A stretch of 51,846 nucleotides of DNA, taken from assembly GCA_900128395.1 (NCBI GenBank), contig LT649266.1:1-51846 (forward strand). Reading direction: 5' to 3'. The notes beneath the pieces are model-generated. The model made no database searches. It was given only the letters and a program-made list of their open reading frames with translations, and was not told the origin of the DNA. Each line of letters starts with the position of its first letter. The first letter of the stretch is position 1. Positions 42,376 to 51,846 of the stretch are shown here, one piece after another. The stretch comes from Stramenopiles sp. TOSAG23-2. Lineage: Eukaryota. A program made the position numbers and the translations under genes.

Positions 42376-43692
42376 CTAATCAGACGATATGATTTCTGAT
42401 AAACTAGTTACTAACTTTTTAACATCTTCATTTGTATTAAACATATGAAATGTTAATCGTAAAGCTTCTTTTGGCCCATCCAAAGGCCATTCACCTGGGA
42501 ATTGGCTGCGACCAGTCATTTTTACAACTAAACCATGTTTTTGAAATGCAGCTTTGCCAACTTCTACTGAAGTTTTATTCACATCTTTCCAAGATATGGA
42601 TACAATTGGTGCACTACTAAACGGCAAGGAATCATCTGGACATTTTGACAACATAATGAAATTAGAATCTTTATTAAATTCATTCCATGCATTTTTAGCT
42701 AATATTAAATTATGTGATACAATTTTTTCTCGGCCATAGCTATTTAGATAGTCAATTACATGCCCTAGTCCGAGAATACTATGTGCTGGTCTTGTCCCTA
42801 CTGTACGAGTATATACATCAACACCACCATCTAATACGGTTGCATATATTTTAGCTTGAAAACTATTTTTGATATATAAGATACCATTCCCAGTAGGTGC
42901 TAAAATCCATTTATGTGCGGAGGTAGCATATACATCGACACCTAAATCAGTGACATTAACATTCATACCAAATGCTTGCGCTCCATCGATTATAACAATA
43001 ACACCATGGGAATGTGCCATTGATGTAATTTCTTTAATAGGTAATGTTGCACCTGTCGTAGTTGTCACTTGAGATATTGCAAGAACTTTCGTTTTTGGGA
43101 ATTTTTCTACCAAATATTCTTCGAAATTTTTTACTATATCTTTCACATTTCTTGTATCTGGTATTGGCAGTGGTATTCTATTTAAAGTTAGAAAATCTTT
43201 ATAATCTCCACTGCTATAATGTACCCATCCAGCAATGCCACCAGCATGCTCTTGATCTGTCGTTAAGATTTGATCGCCTTTCTTTAAATATTTGCTTTCC
43301 ACTAAGCCGTTAGCAATTGCATTTAATGCTAAAGTAGTTGAAGGAAATAATATTGTTTCATTTTTAAAGCAACCAATAAATTCACTCACTTGGTTTCGTA
43401 CATCTTCCATACGTTCCAAAAAACTTGGTTTTGGAAATATTTCTGTACCTAAATTCATACCAAAATATTCATTTGCTGTTAATGATTGTAAAATATCCAT
43501 TTCATCTCGTGTTTTTTTTAATACTTCCTTTGGCACAATACCTAATGTAGCTACGTTATGGTATGAAATATTGCATGGTACATAAAACTCTTCACACGGT
43601 GCTGGTAATATTTTCAATGATGCATCAACATTTGCAACACAACATATTATTAGAATCAATAGTAGTATTGTTTTGAATAAATTACTTTTCAT
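42376..43692 (-). CDS. Class V PLP-dependent enzyme (cysteine desulfurase/isopenicillin N epimerase-like) with signal peptide
   Basis: STTLALN, TDQEH, IIDGAQ and the PLP lysine in SAHKWILAPTGNG; LRLTFHMFNTNEDV. The start is ambiguous (43713 or 43692). Confidence 0.9.
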   Translation of the reverse strand: MKSNLFKTILLLILIICCVANVDASLKILPAPCEEFYVPCNISYHNVATLGIVPKEVLKKTRDEMDILQSLTANEYFGMNLGTEIFPKPSFLERMEDVRNQVSEFIGCFKNETILFPSTTLALNAIANGLVESKYLKKGDQILTTDQEHAGGIAGWVHYSSGDYKDFLTLNRIPLPIPDTRNVKDIVKNFEEYLVEKFPKTKVLAISQVTTTTGATLPIKEITSMAHSHGVIVIIDGAQAFGMNVNVTDLGVDVYATSAHKWILAPTGNGILYIKNSFQAKIYATVLDGGVDVYTRTVGTRPAHSILGLGHVIDYLNSYGREKIVSHNLILAKNAWNEFNKDSNFIMLSKCPDDSLPFSSAPIVSISWKDVNKTSVEVGKAAFQKHGLVVKMTGRSQFPGEWPLDGPKEALRLTFHMFNTNEDVKKLVTSLSEIISSD

Positions 43693-44860
43693 ATTGATTA
43701 TTAGTAGTATCATTATTATATACTATCGACAAAATTTTTACAATTGTTTAATATAATTTTTAGTGTGTTATAAAAGAATCTACTATAAATATCTTTTTAT
43801 CAGTCTCTTTTTAAGTATCATATCTAATATTCAAATTATTTAATAATTACTTCAATTACCTCTACTACTCATTTTTAATTTGGCGTGTTGTTTTGTTGGG
43901 CACTTGCCGGGTTGTTGTTTCCAGCTTACCAGCTACCAGCTTACCAGCTTAGCTCTATACTTTAAAATATTTTAAGTTATTTAGTATAACAAGTGTAATA
44001 TAAATATAAAAATACATACTTAATGTTTATTATTGAAATTAATTTCCTTAAATATTAGCACAAAAAACTTTTTTCAATTTTGAGATTTGATTCTTTTTTT
44101 AGATGATAGGCAAATAAGACGTGTGATAGAATAATACGTAAGTACAAACTTTTTGGGCGTTTCAAATCTATTTTCGAGGAGGAAAATCGAAGTGCATAGC
44201 TGGATAGCCACAATAAGAAAAGAGGAGGAAAATTTGTTGCACATTTCATATTTTAAAACGTATAACAATAGGAAATTGTGATGATCGAAAGAAAAATCTC
44301 ACACCTCACACACATATTTAATATATATTTCACAAAAAATACGAAACAAAAGAACAACCGATGCTTGAAAAAATTATGTTACAAATACTGTAATATAATA
44401 TCGAATAATGTTAATATGATATCTCTATTATTTTCTTGTAATGTATTTTGCAATCGATCTGCTGTGTGTTTTCCGTTTCTCTCTTTAAAAGTTGTTGTTT
44501 TCCATTTCTTTTGTCGTATGCATTGTCTATTTCTATATATCTATCTATCTATTTTTTCACACAAAATTCTATGTTTTGTGCTTTTTCAAACGAAAAACGA
44601 AAACAAAAAATGTGTACATAAATCATTTTAGTATTCTAATTTCCTCTTCAAGTATAAATTATTATCATACCCGCATACCACCATGGTGGTATCACTGGTG
44701 GTTTGATAGGAAATTTTGCGAGTTTTGTTGCGAATTGCGAATTTATTGTTGTTTACACCGCCCTCACACTCCTTTATTGCATTAAAAAGAACAAAACAAA
44801 AATGCAATAGAGAGAGGGATTTATCCATATATCATATATATATATATAGATATTAGAGAT

Positions 44861-46726
44861 ATGGAAAAAGGAATTTTACCCGCCATGTTATCGATGTATA
44901 TGAGAAAGAATGTAATACGTATATGGCATAATGGAAATCGTTGTTTGAATAATCGAAGAACAAAAATTTCATTAAAATATACGAACCATTATCATCAACA
45001 CAAGAATCAAATTAATACATTTGCGAAAAAGAACAATAACATTCACTTTGCGAATAATTCATGTAAGCTATCATCTAATATAAATGTAAAAAAGAAAACT
45101 ATGTTTATTGGAGTATCTAGTATGTTTACCTGTGTGGCAGCATGCAAAATATTAGGTTTATCACCTCTATCAATCAATGCTTCAGGGGCTACCGTAGCAA
45201 CAACAGATAATATTTTAGAGTCCGATACTAATATTAATAATAATAATAATGATAATAATAATAAACTTGACGAAAACAGTAAGACAGTCATAGTAGTTGA
45301 TGAATTCAAGATTAAAGATGTATTACGTGTCTTTGAACTATTTTTGATTTTTTCACCAACCATTTTTTTATTTCCAATATTAATATGGAGGGAAGACACA
45401 CGAGAATTGCTAAATACGATATTTATATGGTGTATTCAAAAAGCTGGACCCACTTTTATAAAATTAGGACAATGGGCTTCTACGCGTCCCGATCTATTTC
45501 CACCAAAAACATGTAGTATGTTATCCATACTTCATTCTAACGTCAATCCAGAGCCGTTTTATCATGTAAAAAAACAAATAGAGGAAAGTATTGGATTACC
45601 AATTAGTGAAATATTTACAGAATTTAACTCTAAGCCAATTGGATGCGGTTGTGTAGCGCAAGTTTATAAAGGTGTATTAAAATTAAATGACGATGTAAAT
45701 AAAAAAGGACAAGTAGTTGCTATAAAAGTGTTACGCCATGATATTCGTGAAGCATTTGAACGTGATTTAAGATTAATGAGAAGCTTTGTAAAGGGATTAA
45801 AAATGGCAATTCCATGGATGAAATGGTTAGAAATAACAGAAGCAGTTGATTTATTTTCCAATCATATGACCAATCAACTAGATTTACGGGTTGAAGCAAA
45901 TAATTTAAAACGATTTCGATATAACTTTGGATTATTGGATGGTGGTAGTGATGATAATGATGTCCATTTATTAAATAATAAACGGAAGAATGTTCATTTT
46001 CCAAAACCAATTTTATCGTATGAACATGTATTAGTACAATCATTTGAACATGGTGATCCTGTATTATCAGTGTTAGACGAGGAATCGTATCGAAAAAATG
46101 TAAATTATGGTAAAAATGTTAGTGGAAGTAGCGGAAGCAGCAGCAGTAGTAGTAGTAGTACCAATCAACAGCATGTTATCAATAAAATTAAATTAGCGAA
46201 TATTGGCGTAAAAGCATTTCTTAAAATGGTTTTAATAGATAATTTTGTTCATGGGGATCTACATCCTGGTAATATTCTTGTTAGGTATGGTGATAATAAT
46301 GATTCTAATTTGGTATTTTTAGATGCTGGTCTTGTAGTTGAATTAACTGATAGAGATCGTACAAATTTCTTACGAGTTTTCAAAGCAGTTGCTGAGAAAA
46401 ATGGAAGACTTGTTGGTCAATTAATGCTTGAACAAGCAAAATATGAAAATTGTCCAGATCATGAAAAATTTATATCTGGTATGGAAAAAATTGTAAATGT
46501 CGTAGATACGTTTAACTTGGATGAAATTGAAATAGGAACGGTTTTAAGAGATGTTTTAAATCTAGTTCGTGAAAATCAAGTCCAAGTGGATAGTTCTTTT
46601 ACTACATTGGTATTGAGTATTATTTTATTAGAAGGTTTAGGTCGACAATTAAATCCCAAGCTTGATATCTTTAAAGCTGCATTGCCTATGTTAATCAAAT
46701 TACAATTACAAGAGCGTGTGTTCTAA
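44861..46726 (+). CDS. ABC1/ADCK atypical kinase, probably mitochondrial (ADCK2-like)
   Basis: GPTFIKLGQWASTRPDLFP, IGCGCVAQVY, VAIKV, DNFVHGDLHPGNI and FLDAG; basic N-terminal extension. Confidence 0.95.
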   Translation: MEKGILPAMLSMYMRKNVIRIWHNGNRCLNNRRTKISLKYTNHYHQHKNQINTFAKKNNNIHFANNSCKLSSNINVKKKTMFIGVSSMFTCVAACKILGLSPLSINASGATVATTDNILESDTNINNNNNDNNNKLDENSKTVIVVDEFKIKDVLRVFELFLIFSPTIFLFPILIWREDTRELLNTIFIWCIQKAGPTFIKLGQWASTRPDLFPPKTCSMLSILHSNVNPEPFYHVKKQIEESIGLPISEIFTEFNSKPIGCGCVAQVYKGVLKLNDDVNKKGQVVAIKVLRHDIREAFERDLRLMRSFVKGLKMAIPWMKWLEITEAVDLFSNHMTNQLDLRVEANNLKRFRYNFGLLDGGSDDNDVHLLNNKRKNVHFPKPILSYEHVLVQSFEHGDPVLSVLDEESYRKNVNYGKNVSGSSGSSSSSSSSTNQQHVINKIKLANIGVKAFLKMVLIDNFVHGDLHPGNILVRYGDNNDSNLVFLDAGLVVELTDRDRTNFLRVFKAVAEKNGRLVGQLMLEQAKYENCPDHEKFISGMEKIVNVVDTFNLDEIEIGTVLRDVLNLVRENQVQVDSSFTTLVLSIILLEGLGRQLNPKLDIFKAALPMLIKLQLQERVF

Positions 46727-47102
46727 TTATTTGCAGCAGTTTAAATTAAGGATTTGTATTTTATATTGCTTAGTCTATCGATTTTTATACTTATTTTTAA
46801 TAGTAATATTTAGTATCGCGTTAGCACCATCATAGCACCGTTTCCACAGCCTTTTCCTAATCGGAACACTTCTTGCTTTTTTTCTTTGCGATATGTGGGT
46901 AAAAAGTCACTGTAGTATCCGATATATTACTGTACACTGGTAAAACAGTATTTATAAAATAAAAACATAGACTTATATCCTGACCTCATAAATATATATA
47001 TATATATAATCAACCAGAAACAATATCATAGACAAACTTACCAAAAAAATACAACCTACTATTCAATCAATAACGTGTGGGAAAAGACATTAAAAATTGA
47101 AC

Positions 47103-47918
47103 ATGAATACAATGCTTTCGTCTAGAAAAGTGTTACCATTGGATGAAACGAAGCAGAACAATGACAATGTTGATGTAAAGGTTGAATTTGAATTAAAAAA
47201 AAAGCAAGCACCACCACTGTCTAAAATGCCGACTTTAACGACTGAAGAAGAAAAATTATTTAACAAATTCAAACAATTATTAGCAGCGACAAGTGTTGAT
47301 ACCGATGCAGCCAACTATTTAAATCTTGCATATGCGGAAAACGACGAAGATTTAGAGGATCTTGACAATATGGCGAAAGAAATTGTAGACAATCTAGCAA
47401 TTGACTCTGCATATGCACAATTCGAAGATATAAAATTAGGTGCCATTGATATAGTATTGTGTCCAGACAAATCTTTGATATCTAGGCAATTTATGATGCG
47501 TTGTATCATTATCAAAACATTTGAAACAATTTTGTTGTTATACGCATTTGCAAGTGTTCCCGTATACAACAATCCTTTCTTTAATCAGTTTATCAATACA
47601 TCAAATACAGAAACTACTACTACAACATATGTACCATTATCATTTATTATCATTTGTACATTTGCATATTATGTACAATTGAATTTAATGACTAGTATTC
47701 GTAACAGTTTGTTACTAGTGACTACAAAAGACTTTAAACCAATTAAAAATTGGAAGTATCACGTAAAATTTCTTTCTGAAATTATTGAAATATTACTATT
47801 AATTACATTATGCTTTTTTGCATTGTCTACATATATATATGAATATAACTTGGAATTGATTTTCAATGGTATGGCAGTGATATTTATTGCAGAATTTGAC
47901 GAGTTGACGTGTACGTAA
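47103..47918 (+). CDS. Hypothetical multi-pass membrane protein, copy 1
   Basis: Hydrophilic N-terminus followed by about four hydrophobic segments, ending LIFNGMAVIFIAEFDEL; possibly 3'-truncated. Confidence 0.65.
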   Translation: MNTMLSSRKVLPLDETKQNNDNVDVKVEFELKKKQAPPLSKMPTLTTEEEKLFNKFKQLLAATSVDTDAANYLNLAYAENDEDLEDLDNMAKEIVDNLAIDSAYAQFEDIKLGAIDIVLCPDKSLISRQFMMRCIIIKTFETILLLYAFASVPVYNNPFFNQFINTSNTETTTTTYVPLSFIIICTFAYYVQLNLMTSIRNSLLLVTTKDFKPIKNWKYHVKFLSEIIEILLLITLCFFALSTYIYEYNLELIFNGMAVIFIAEFDELTCT

Positions 47919-48215
47919 TATGTACTAGTAGATTCAGTTTCATTTGTTGGATAATATGCAACGACTTTTGATGGACGATAGAAAAATGACATGATTTCCT
48001 GTTTTATACGTTTAGATGGTGATCTATTATTTTTATATATTACTGTACACTGGTAAAACAGTATTTATAAAATAAAAACATAGACTTATATCCTGACCTC
48101 ATAAATATATATATATATATAATCAACCAGAAACAATATCATAGACAAACTTACCAAAAAAATACAACCTACTATTCAATCAATAACGTGTGGGAAAAGA
48201 CATTAAAAATTGAAC

Positions 48216-49031
48216 ATGAATACAATGCTTTCGTCTAGAAAAGTGTTACCATTGGATGAAACGAAGCAGAACAATGACAATGTTGATGTAAAGGTTGAAT
48301 TTGAATTAAAAAAAAAGCAAGCACCACCACTGTCTAAAATGCCGACTTTAACGACTGAAGAAGAAAAATTATTTAACAAATTCAAACAATTATTAGCAGC
48401 GACAAGTGTTGATACCGATGCAGCCAACTATTTAAATCTTGCATATGCGGAAAACGACGAAGATTTAGAGGATCTTGACAATATGGCGAAAGAAATTGTA
48501 GACAATCTAGCAATTGACTCTGCATATGCACAATTCGAAGATATAAAATTAGGTGCCATTGATATAGTATTGTGTCCAGACAAATCTTTGATATCTAGGC
48601 AATTTATGATGCGTTGTATCATTATCAAAACATTTGAAACAATTTTGTTGTTATACGCATTTGCAAGTGTTCCCGTATACAACAATCCTTTCTTTAATCA
48701 GTTTATCAATACATCAAATACAGAAACTACTACTACAACATATGTACCATTATCATTTATTATCATTTGTACATTTGCATATTATGTACAATTGAATTTA
48801 ATGACTAGTATTCGTAACAGTTTGTTACTAGTGACTACAAAAGACTTTAAACCAATTAAAAATTGGAAGTATCACGTAAAATTTCTTTCTGAAATTATTG
48901 AAATATTACTATTAATTACATTATGCTTTTTTGCATTGTCTACATATATATATGAATATAACTTGGAATTGATTTTCAATGGTATGGCAGTGATATTTAT
49001 TGCAGAATTTGACGAGTTGACGTGTACGTAA
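48216..49031 (+). CDS. Hypothetical multi-pass membrane protein, copy 2
   Basis: Identical to 47103-47918. Confidence 0.6.
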   Translation: MNTMLSSRKVLPLDETKQNNDNVDVKVEFELKKKQAPPLSKMPTLTTEEEKLFNKFKQLLAATSVDTDAANYLNLAYAENDEDLEDLDNMAKEIVDNLAIDSAYAQFEDIKLGAIDIVLCPDKSLISRQFMMRCIIIKTFETILLLYAFASVPVYNNPFFNQFINTSNTETTTTTYVPLSFIIICTFAYYVQLNLMTSIRNSLLLVTTKDFKPIKNWKYHVKFLSEIIEILLLITLCFFALSTYIYEYNLELIFNGMAVIFIAEFDELTCT

Positions 49032-49618
49032 TATGTACTAGTAGATTCAGTTTCATTTGTTGGATAATATGCAACGACTTTTGATGGACGATAGAAAAAT
49101 GACATGATTTCCTGTTTTATACGTTTAGATGGTGATCTATTATTTTTATTAACCATTTTATTTTTATTGTTATTATTTAACTTTTTTTTTAACCATGATA
49201 TCGAAGATAAACGTTTTTTTTTAGGCGATATTGATTTCGATGTACGTATAATAGAGGATGGAAATATATTTTTTCTTTCTAATATTAATTTTCGTTTTAT
49301 TTTCAATTCCATTGTTTTGTGTTGTTGTTGTTATTGGGTGTTTGCTGTGTTTATGCATATGTGTTATGATAAGCGTTCTTCATTTTGTATGCATCTATCG
49401 TATATTATTCAGAAAACAGAAAAAACACTTTTTTACATTGGTGATATACATACATACATTTGAATCACATACAATCTATATTAAAACAAGCAAAAATAGA
49501 CACGTTTTGTTTACATACTTTGAACTCCTAATCATATTATGTTTGATACACGTACTATGATAAAAGTTTTTTAATAAATTTAAGAGACAAATCTAATATT
49601 TTTTTCTTAGACGATTAT

Positions 49619-50467
49619 TTATAAAATTTCTAACAATTCAACATCAAAGATTAAATCTGCATTTGGTGGAATCGCACCACCTGCACCTTGAGCACCATAT
49701 CCCATTTCACTTGGAATATATAAGTTGGCTCTTTGGCCCACACTCATTTGAATTACACCTTGGTCCCAACCAGCAATAACTTGTCCGACACCAATTTGAA
49801 ATTCAAACGGTTGGCCACGATCTCTGGATGAATCGAATTTTGTACCGCCATCTGCTAATGTACCTGTGTAATGCATTTTTAATCGATCACCTGCTTTTGG
49901 GAAAGTTTTTCCATCCCCTTCTGTAATTGTTTCCAATTTTAACTGTTGTAAATCATCTGCTTTGGTCAATTCAACTACTTCAATATCGAATGTTAATGTT
50001 TCACCTGCTAAGCGATGATTCGTATCCAACGTAACTTCTTGGTCGTTGAATTCTGTAATTACCGCAGTTGCTCCGTTTGCCGCTTGTAATCGTAAGCCAA
50101 CTTCTAATTCAAGGTCTGGTGAAAGTTGATCTCTTGGTACTTTGACGGTTGCTTCAGGATTAATTTCACCATATGCATCAGATGGTGGTAATGTTAACAC
50201 TTTCTTTTCGTTTACAGACATGCCAACAACACCTTTATCAAAACCGCTGATCATTAAGCCTTGGCCAACTTTAAATTTGAGTGGATCACGTCCTGCAGAA
50301 CTATCGAATTGTTCTCCAGATGCTAACGTGCCAGTATATGCTACAGAGACTTCATCACCATTCTCAACAACATTATTACTACCAGAAGTAAACGCACGGT
50401 GGATTACTCTTGATATTGGCGATGGGCGCCTATGAATTTGTTTAATTGTATTTGCAAATCTTAACAT
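49619..50467 (-). CDS. Two-domain FKBP peptidyl-prolyl isomerase (SlyD-type + FKBP12-type) with mitochondrial-like presequence
   Basis: Domain 1: [36 protein letters not shown]. Domain 2: [37 protein letters not shown]. The N-terminus is Arg-rich and acid-free. Confidence 0.95.
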   Translation of the reverse strand: MLRFANTIKQIHRRPSPISRVIHRAFTSGSNNVVENGDEVSVAYTGTLASGEQFDSSAGRDPLKFKVGQGLMISGFDKGVVGMSVNEKKVLTLPPSDAYGEINPEATVKVPRDQLSPDLELEVGLRLQAANGATAVITEFNDQEVTLDTNHRLAGETLTFDIEVVELTKADDLQQLKLETITEGDGKTFPKAGDRLKMHYTGTLADGGTKFDSSRDRGQPFEFQIGVGQVIAGWDQGVIQMSVGQRANLYIPSEMGYGAQGAGGAIPPNADLIFDVELLEIL

Positions 50468-50519
50468 GTTTTTTGAATGTGTGAATATGTATATAGTAGA
50501 ATGTTATTGTATTATTTTG

Positions 50520-50699
50520 TTGGTTAATACGATTTTATTTTTTCTCTGTTGAAACGTTCGAAGAATGAATAAAAAAATGGGATATATATCTTTAAGTGCA
50601 TATCTGATTTTGGTTAATACGATTTTATTTTTTCTCTGTTGAAACGTTCGAAGAATGAATAAAAAAATGGGATATATATCTTTAAGTGCATATCTGATT
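50520..50699. repeat. Exact tandem duplication, 2 x 90 bp, upstream of the FKBP gene
   Basis: 50520-50609 = 50610-50699. Confidence 0.93.
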
Positions 50700-51354
50700 C
50701 ATTATGCCAAAATGTACGGCTGGGATTCGATTGCACTGCAATACCATTACATCGCGCATATTTTTCATCAAATTTCATTAAAATCAACATTTTCAACCTA
50801 AATTCTTATATTTCATCGTTGTGATGATGGATTTTTCATTTCATTACATGAAAACAAAGGAAAAACAGTGAAAATACCTTTTTAAACTTAGGCTCCACTA
50901 GTATACCATTTTTCCTATCAATTGGCAAAATAATTTTGACATTTCACGTTTTCAGAAATTAGGGATAGCAGAAATTTAAGCATCGAATTTTTACACTAAA
51001 ATTTATACTTAAATAAATTATTAATTTACAGAAATGACTAAAATAAAGTATAAAATTCATAGAAATCATTAAATTATGAAAATATCCATTTTTAAAAACA
51101 CAAAATGCATGTAAAAATTACATCGTCATTGTAACAATTGCATCCTTTTCTTAAAATTACATATAAATAACATTAATATGAAATCATACAAAATATGATA
51201 TTTTAGATGGAAATTCCCTTTTTTACATAAATTGTAAATATCGTTTTTAAAATATTTGTCCCTATCAAAAAAACAATGACTCTATTTTGTACTTAATGGT
51301 GTAAGACAGAGCCGACACTACAAGTGAAAAGCACCTATCAAGTAGTGTTACAGC

Positions 51355-51757
51355 TATAGGGTTACGCGTTTTTTTCAACTTTTAACGGACATAGGCTGGA
51401 CTAAAACTGGAAAATTTGAAAATTACAAAAGGTAGTTTATTGTGTATAAATACACATGACTTTAGCAAAGTAAGTATCCACGATCAATTTATATATGTTT
51501 GGTAATAATTTTACCAAGTATATCAATATTTCTTTATCTACTTCACATTTGAATATAGGGTTACGCGTTTTTTTCAACTTTTAACGGTTATTCAAATGTG
51601 AAGTAGATGCAGAAATATTGATATATCTCGTATAATTATTACCAAGCATATCAAAATTGATCGTGGATACTTATTTTGATAAAGATATGTACCTGTCTAT
51701 ATAAAAAACTACACTTTATAATTTTTAAATTTTCCATTTTTAGTCCAGCCTATGTCC
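51355..51757. repeat. Fold-back element: ~169-bp imperfect inverted arms plus a 34-bp direct repeat
   Basis: Arms 51387-51555 and 51589-51757 (GGACATAGGCTGGACTAAAA / TTTTAGTCCAGCCTATGTCC). TATAGGGTTACGCGTTTTTTTCAACTTTTAACGG occurs at 51355-51388 and 51554-51587. Confidence 0.88.
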
Positions 51758-51846
51758 ATGCTAATTTGGAAAAAAATCACCATTTTAAAATAAATTCAAT
51801 ACCTTGTCAGTTTCATTTAAAACATAATTAGATCAAAATATTCATG

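Larger units (their letters stand above)
46922..49147. repeat. Apparently exact tandem duplication, 2 x 1113 bp
   Basis: 46922-48034 and 48035-49147; the ORF translations are identical and offset by 1113. Confidence 0.96.

Noticed and set aside
44055-44828. Cluster of short ORFs upstream of the ABC1 kinase
   Set aside because: AT-rich, F/I/Y/K-biased translations typical of non-coding DNA; no motifs.

Overview
AT-rich, gene-dense eukaryotic nuclear DNA. Genes are almost all intronless, with poly-Asn tracts and (TA)n/(GA)n microsatellites; a microbial eukaryote such as a stramenopile is plausible but not provable from this window. Housekeeping genes include coatomer beta, MED31, IFRD, histidine ammonia-lyase, DENR, an ABC1 kinase, a TrhO/TSTD2-type rhodanese, a double FKBP and several oxidoreductases. 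Between them lie gene fragments, short tandem duplications, fold-back repeats and a clean hAT-type MITE. Three things stand out. (1) A ~5.4 kb mosaic island (24.1-29.6 kb, containing an N gap) is built from concatenated gene 3' ends, dispersed direct and inverted repeats, a truncated non-LTR restriction-like endonuclease, and a GC-richer 923-aa orphan with four PAS-like repeats. (2) A secreted LRR protein has 72-bp repeats that are near-identical in DNA except for a hypervariable 21-bp window. (3) A membrane protein resembles the LAP1/LULL1 torsin activators but has type I topology. All family assignments are by eye, and no searches were run.
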